A DNA stretch of 64,000 bases from an uncultured delta proteobacterium (GTDB lineage: Bacteria > Desulfobacterota > BSN033 > UBA1163): the NCBI GenBank assembly GCA_963827685.1, contig CAWHBU010000006.1, positions 352,001 through 416,000 on the forward strand, read 5' to 3'. Below, one piece after another: positions 58,653 through 64,000 of the stretch. Made by a program: the position numbers and the translations under genes. The number at the start of each line of letters is the position of its first letter. Position 1 is the first letter of the stretch. The notes under the pieces were generated by a model. It was given only the letters and a program-made list of their open reading frames with translations. It was not told the DNA's origin and searched no databases.

Positions 58653-59912
58653 TTAAGGGGAATTATTCAATTTCAGTCTTTCAATCCGCTCGGCCAGAGG
58701 AGGATGAGAGTAATAGAACCATGCATAAAGAGGATGAGGGCTCAGATTGGCCAGGTTGTCGGCAGCCAGCCGCTTCAGTGCAAGGCGCATCGGTTCTGCC
58801 GTCTTCATGAGCTCCAATGCAAAATCGTCCGCTTCACGTTCGAATTTCCTTGAGACGGCCGACTCCAGTGGCTGAGCAAAATAGCCAAGCAGGCTGATGA
58901 AGGTTCCGATGAGAAATAATCCGACATAGATATTCGATTCTTGAAAGCCAAACGTCTGATAGATCAATGGCCAACTCAAAAATTTGGCCACCACATAAAA
59001 AGAGACAAAGGACAGTATCTCTAAAGGGACGAGCATCCGAAGGACATGTCTTCTCTTCCAATGCCCTGCCTCATGGGCCAGGACAGATAGAATCTCTTCT
59101 TCGGTGTGAGAGGCCAAGAGAGTGTCGAAAAGGACAATTCTCTTAGTCCGACCGAGGCCAACGAAAAAAGCATTCGTGTGCTTGCTTCGCTTACTCGCAT
59201 CCATCTTGAAGATTCCTTTGGCTCGAAGTCCGACTTTTTCTATCAGCGTCCTGATACGTTCCTCCAGTCCCTTATTTTCGATCGGATCAAATTTATTGAA
59301 CAAAGGAAGAATGACCACTGGAAATAGCCATAGCATCAGTAATTCAAACCCACCGACCAACATCCATGCCCATACCCACCAGGCATCTCCTCCATGAATC
59401 ACCAGGAATAAGAGAAGACCGAGAAGCAAACCGCCAAGGATGGTTGCAAGGAGGAGGCTTTTCAACAAGTCCGAAATCCACATCTTGGAGGTCATCACAT
59501 TAAACCCATAGCGCTCTTCGATCACAAACGTCTCATAAAGGTTGAAAGGGATACGAAGCAGGTTGGTGAAGATCGAGAGAACAGCAAAGAAAATCACACC
59601 ACTCAGAATCGGACCATATTTCCACAGGCTGATGGTCCTCACCAGCCACGGCAAAAATCCAGACAGTAAAATGGCCAGAAAGAGTCCTTGATTCGCCAAA
59701 GTGGTCACCATGCCAAAATTTTCAGAATCTATGGTATAGGTAGAGATTTTTTTTAATTTCTCGGGGTCGATGATATCCTGAAAAATTTTTGGAACGGTTG
59801 TTCCGTGCTGGCGGAGGTAGGAAATATTGAGCCAGTTAAGATAGATTTGGACACCGGACCGCAATAAAAAAACGGCGAGAAAAACAAGAAGTAAAAAATT
59901 GAGCTGAATCAT
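58653..59912 (-). CDS. M48 family (Ste24-like) metallopeptidase
   Basis: NAFF.G.G..KRIVLFDTL, HEAGH, EREAD, YSHPPL.ERI. Confidence 0.92.
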   Translation of the reverse strand: MIQLNFLLLVFLAVFLLRSGVQIYLNWLNISYLRQHGTTVPKIFQDIIDPEKLKKISTYTIDSENFGMVTTLANQGLFLAILLSGFLPWLVRTISLWKYGPILSGVIFFAVLSIFTNLLRIPFNLYETFVIEERYGFNVMTSKMWISDLLKSLLLATILGGLLLGLLLFLVIHGGDAWWVWAWMLVGGFELLMLWLFPVVILPLFNKFDPIENKGLEERIRTLIEKVGLRAKGIFKMDASKRSKHTNAFFVGLGRTKRIVLFDTLLASHTEEEILSVLAHEAGHWKRRHVLRMLVPLEILSFVSFYVVAKFLSWPLIYQTFGFQESNIYVGLFLIGTFISLLGYFAQPLESAVSRKFEREADDFALELMKTAEPMRLALKRLAADNLANLSPHPLYAWFYYSHPPLAERIERLKLNNSP

Positions 59913-59926
59913 GAAAGATTAGGATA

Positions 59927-60430
59927 TTATTTCCTGCGGGCTCTTTTTGTCCGTTTCCTTTTGCGCGCAGGCACCTTCTTTTCGGCCTTTTGAGTCCCTT
60001 TGCCTTCAAGGAGCTTTCTCACCTCACGACGGCCGAGCTTTCGAAGCGCCACCATCGCCGCCTTCTTTTTCATACTCGGCTTAAACTGTCCGCTCTCCCA
60101 CAGATGCGCAGCCCCGACTGTGACGCCTGTAAGGATGGCCAGCTCTTTCTGGGTGATGCCTAAGTGCTTGCGAAGACTCCGGATCAAACGGGGTGAGAAA
60201 CGCGACTCCTTCACTTCTTCTGGAGTCGCCGCCAATACCGTCTTTCCTTTCTCCAACTCTTTTTGCTGACTGGCTGTGATTTGTTGAAGCGCTAAAACTG
60301 CTTTGCGAAGTTGTGAGACCGTACTCTTCAAGGACCGGACATTCCGACCTAATGGACCGGAGATCTTTCGTACTTCTCTTTTTGCCAACCGTACAATTTC
60401 AGATTTGATGACGCCCTCTACTTTACCCAT
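59927..60430 (-). CDS. XRE-family HTH protein with coiled-coil N-terminus
   Basis: KSEI.RLAKRE; LRKHLGITQKELA...WESG..KP. Confidence 0.8.
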   Translation of the reverse strand: MGKVEGVIKSEIVRLAKREVRKISGPLGRNVRSLKSTVSQLRKAVLALQQITASQQKELEKGKTVLAATPEEVKESRFSPRLIRSLRKHLGITQKELAILTGVTVGAAHLWESGQFKPSMKKKAAMVALRKLGRREVRKLLEGKGTQKAEKKVPARKRKRTKRARRK

Positions 60431-60454
60431 AAGTCCCTCCTTTTAAAATGATTT

Positions 60455-60590
60455 AAATTCCAATAATCAAATCCCAAATCACAAATAAATTCCAATTTTC
60501 AAGCACAAATGACCAAAACGTTTTCGTTTAGAATTTTGAATTTTTCTGATTGGAGCTTGTTTGGTACTTGGTGCTTGGGATTTGGTGCTT
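60455..60590. repeat. Inverted array of degenerate heptamers
   Basis: caaatcccaaatcacaaat ... ttggtacttggtgcttgggatttggtgctt; same family as 45292-45440. Confidence 0.6.
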
Positions 60591-60655
60591 ATCTCCCAAA
60601 CGAATACCATCCAGGAAATCAATCCCTGATAAAAGACAATTTTACATTGATGCGC

Positions 60656-62041
60656 TCATTCGAAAATTTTGCCTGGGTTCATGATTCCATTGGGATCCAA
60701 AAGTTTCTTGATCTGTTTCATCAAGAGAAGGCTTCCTCCGTGCTCCTTCTTCATAAACTTTCTCTTTCCAATCCCAATGCCATGCTCTCCGGTGGCCGTT
60801 CCACCGCATTCGATTGCGAAATGGACAATCTCCTCCCCTGCTTCCTGAACCTTCTGCCATTGGGCCTTCTCTTCAGGAATCCCAAGAACCTCCAAATGGA
60901 GATTCCCATTTCCGGCATGGCCGAAGGCATATCCTTTTAGTCCCTTCTTCTCGACGATCTTCTGACCCCATTCCACCATATCCGAATATTTTGAGATGGG
61001 TACAGCCGTATCGATCACAAGAGGACTCAAACCAGGATTGCTCACCTTGATGGATTCGTGAACTCCATAGCGCGCCTCCCAGAGCCGGTTTCGCTCTTCC
61101 CTTCCAATCCCCGCATCGAACCGAAGAGGTCGATTCTCACCACAAATCTCCTTCACCATCTCCAACTCTTCTTTCAAACCAGCGGCGCTTGTCCCATGAA
61201 ATTCGATGAAAAGAGTTGGCCTTTCTTCCAAGGAAAGTTTCTTAAACTGGTTAACGACCTGAACCGTCGGAGCATCCAAAAATTCCAGCGCTGCCGGCGA
61301 CAATCCAGAACGCATGATCTGGAAAACGGTATCAGTGGCTTCGCGAATGGAAACAAATTGCGCCACGGCCGCCATGAACTCTGCTGGGAGACCGATCAGG
61401 CGAAGCGTGACCTCCGTGACCACGCCCAGTGTTCCTTCTGAACCAACAAAAAGACGGCAGAGATCATAGCCTGATGAACTTTTGATTGCATTCGTTCCAA
61501 CCCGGATGACCTCTCCAGAAGGAAGGACAACCACCATGCTGAGGACAAAGTCCTTCGTCGCCCCATACTTAATTGTCCTGATCCCGCTGGCATTATTGCC
61601 CACCATTCCCCCAATGGTTGCCGAGGCTCCCGGGTCTGGTGGAAAGAAGAGGCCGAAACGGGAGAGGGATTGATTTAACTCCTTATAGATTACCCCTGCT
61701 TCAACACGAACCTGAAGGTCCTCTGTCTTTAACTCCAGGATATGGTTCATCTGTTGAAGATCTAAAACAATCCCTCCCTCGACCGGTATGGGATTGCCCT
61801 CCAAACTTGTCCCGGCACCCCATGGAGTAACAGGAATTCGTTTCTCATCGGCCAACTTGAGAATCTGACTGATTTCTTCTGCGCTGAGTGGCCAAACCAC
61901 CACGTCGGGTCTTCGCCTTGGATGAAAAGATTCGTCTTTACTGTGGAGGTCAAGGATGGATTCACCTGTAGACAGCCTTTCAGCCCCTACGATGGACCTG
62001 ATGAGCTCTAACTCCTTATTCGTCACCTTGCCGTATTTCAA
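60656..62041 (-). CDS. FAD-linked oxidase (GlcD/D-lactate dehydrogenase family)
   Basis: GAGTSLEG, FPPDPG, GSEGTLG, GHAGNGNLH, GEHGIG, MNPGK; probable TTG start at 62041. Confidence 0.88.
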   Translation of the reverse strand: MKYGKVTNKELELIRSIVGAERLSTGESILDLHSKDESFHPRRRPDVVVWPLSAEEISQILKLADEKRIPVTPWGAGTSLEGNPIPVEGGIVLDLQQMNHILELKTEDLQVRVEAGVIYKELNQSLSRFGLFFPPDPGASATIGGMVGNNASGIRTIKYGATKDFVLSMVVVLPSGEVIRVGTNAIKSSSGYDLCRLFVGSEGTLGVVTEVTLRLIGLPAEFMAAVAQFVSIREATDTVFQIMRSGLSPAALEFLDAPTVQVVNQFKKLSLEERPTLFIEFHGTSAAGLKEELEMVKEICGENRPLRFDAGIGREERNRLWEARYGVHESIKVSNPGLSPLVIDTAVPISKYSDMVEWGQKIVEKKGLKGYAFGHAGNGNLHLEVLGIPEEKAQWQKVQEAGEEIVHFAIECGGTATGEHGIGIGKRKFMKKEHGGSLLLMKQIKKLLDPNGIMNPGKIFE

Positions 62042-62301
62042 TGAATCCTTCTTGGCCACCTCAGTCTCAAATGCCAAAGTAAATTCAAAGTTCAAATTCT
62101 AAGCAGCCATATTTGAAATGCTTCAACAGAATCTCCTTCCCCTTTGACGGGGGAGGACGAAGGTGGGGGTGAAAAAAGGCCGTATACCCCCTCCCCGTCA
62201 TCCCCTCCCGCCAGGGGAGGGGAGATTGAGAGTGATTTTTTCCAAAGGTGAGAATCTAAGATATTTGATCTTCGAATTCAACATCTGTTTGATATTTGAA
62301 C

Positions 62302-63811
62302 TTAAGTAGATAACTGTTTCTCCATTTTGAAAATCAATGCCTTTGCTTTTTCGATTCCCATTCGCTTATGGATGAGCCAACCCTTCTTGGCTTGAACCTT
62401 CTTTTGAAGCGATGTGATATTTTCTCTTACCCTTTTCTCTGAAGGTGCCCCCATGGATGGCGTCTCAGTCAATACTCTCTCCGGTCTCTGTATTTTCTCC
62501 ACATCTTTCTCTGTTATCGAAATATTCACCTTCATTTCAGTGAGAGCCTTTTTTAGACTCTGATAGGAAACCTTTCCTCTCCCTTCTTTCTCAGAATACT
62601 TCACCGCTTTCTCCATCACCATTTTAGCCTTCCGCATTGGAAGGGAACCGCGACGGACCAACCACTCCATCAAGGTCGTAGCACCGAGAAACTCCTCCTG
62701 GGCCTGCTTAAACATCTGAGTCTTATTGACCTGGAGCAGTCGGATGACATCCGTCATTACGGAGAGGGCGGGTTTCGATTCGTCCACTAAGTCCATGATC
62801 CAATACTTCGTCCACTGCGTATCCCGGTTAAATCCCATGAAGAGAGCCTTACCAGTTGAGAGGAGGCTCACCACCATTCCATGGGCAAAAGATGTTTTTG
62901 CCTTGATCACCTCTAAGGAACAGGGATTCCGTTTCTGCGGCATGATCGAACTGCCCGAACAATGTCGATCGTTCAGCCGAACCATATTAAATTCACGAGT
63001 GGATAGAAGGATCAGGGTTTGGGCCACGGTAGACAGATGGTCCAACATCACGGCCGCATCAAAGGCCAGTTCTGCCTCAGGTTCCCATCGCTGGGTAATG
63101 GGATCGGTCACATTCTCTGTAGGGCCTTCAAATCCGAGTAGCTTTGAGGTCAACTGTCGATCCACATTGAAAGAAGTGCCATAGCCAGCTGCTGCACCCA
63201 AAGGATTTTTATTGAAGAGACCAAACCAATGGGTAAATCTCTGAGCATCTCGCTCGAGGGCTTGGGCGAAAGAGAGGAGAAGGTGACCAAAGGTGGTGGG
63301 AACGGCATGCTGGTGATGGGTATAGCCAGGCATGACTGTGGAACTGTGCTCCTTGGCCCGCTGAAGAAGAGATTCCATCAAAAAGGTCAGTCCTTCGACA
63401 AAATCCAAAGCCTGATCCCGAAGGTAGAGACGCATGTCGAGGACAATCTGGTCGTTCCGACTTCTACCGGTATGCACCTTCCCTCCAGATTCAATTCCTA
63501 TTCGTTCAATGAGATAACTCTCGATGTTGGAATGGACATCCTCTTTCGAAGGATCCAATCTAAACTTTCCCTTTTGATGAAGCGTTTCTATTTCCCTTAG
63601 TCCCTTGAGGATTTTCTTTCCATCCTGTTTCGATAGGATGGCCTGTCGACAAAGCATGAGGATGTGAGTCTCGATTTCCCCAGAGATCATAAAGGATCAG
63701 CCGCTCATCACAAGGAGGAATTCCTTTGACATCTCTCCCCGAAAGAAAATCGACCATCTCCTGAGAGGGAAGTTCTTCAAACCGCCCACCCCATAATTTA
63801 TCTATCCTCAT
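62302..63811 (-). pseudogene. argH: Argininosuccinate lyase with a 1-bp insertion near 63670 (probably an assembly error)
   Basis: KLWGGRF N-terminus in one frame; EDVH, HTGRSRNDQ, PGYTH.Q.A, GSSIMPQKRNP in the next. Confidence 0.85.
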
Positions 63812-64000
63812 TTTCAATCTCCTGCCCCCAGCATAGTCGGAACCAAACAGGTCGCCCAAAAATCCGAAATCCGAATATCGGCGCTTGATTTAGGAATTTC
63901 GGATTTAATTCCCGAATCCCTGAATTCGCAATCTCTTAATTCACAGGCCTATTTCGTGCTTCGAATTTGAAATCCATTTGATCGAGAACACCTTTGCTGC

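Overview
Bacterial DNA whose gene content suggests an anaerobic Desulfobacterota/Deltaproteobacteria-like organism (inference). Most genes are on the minus strand. (1) 1-7.5 kb: an integrase-less integron cassette array (cupin, HEPN protein, Mrr-like endonuclease, Nmad3-like protein, membrane and unknown proteins). It has five recognisable attC sites, two colinear AT-rich attI-like sites, a group IIC-attC intron 3' remnant and several small GGGTCAGGTCT-ended elements, mostly where an attC would be expected. (2) 7.8-16.2 kb: an archaeal-type shikimate-entry operon (aroA'/aroB', pheA, a large GNAT protein) and a DUF362 Fe-S gene, plus accC/BCCP. The operon and the DUF362 gene each have an unannotated leader peptide (F/Y/W-rich and YYY) followed by the same tandem two-terminator architecture. 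(3) 16.5-50.5 kb: a corrinoid methyltransferase (O-demethylase-like) and aromatic catabolism region with two Liv-type ABC transporters, CoA ligases, Zn-ADH, AOR and GntR/IclR regulators, interrupted by two nested IS1202-family (ISNCY) elements with 15-bp target duplications. (4) 51.5-56.8 kb: an ECF sigma module, a Mo-oxidoreductase and a second, decayed integron (intI relic, attI, two cassettes). (5) 56.8-64 kb: housekeeping-type genes ending in argH. Several single-base frameshifts may be assembly errors. All calls come from reading the sequence; no database searches were run.
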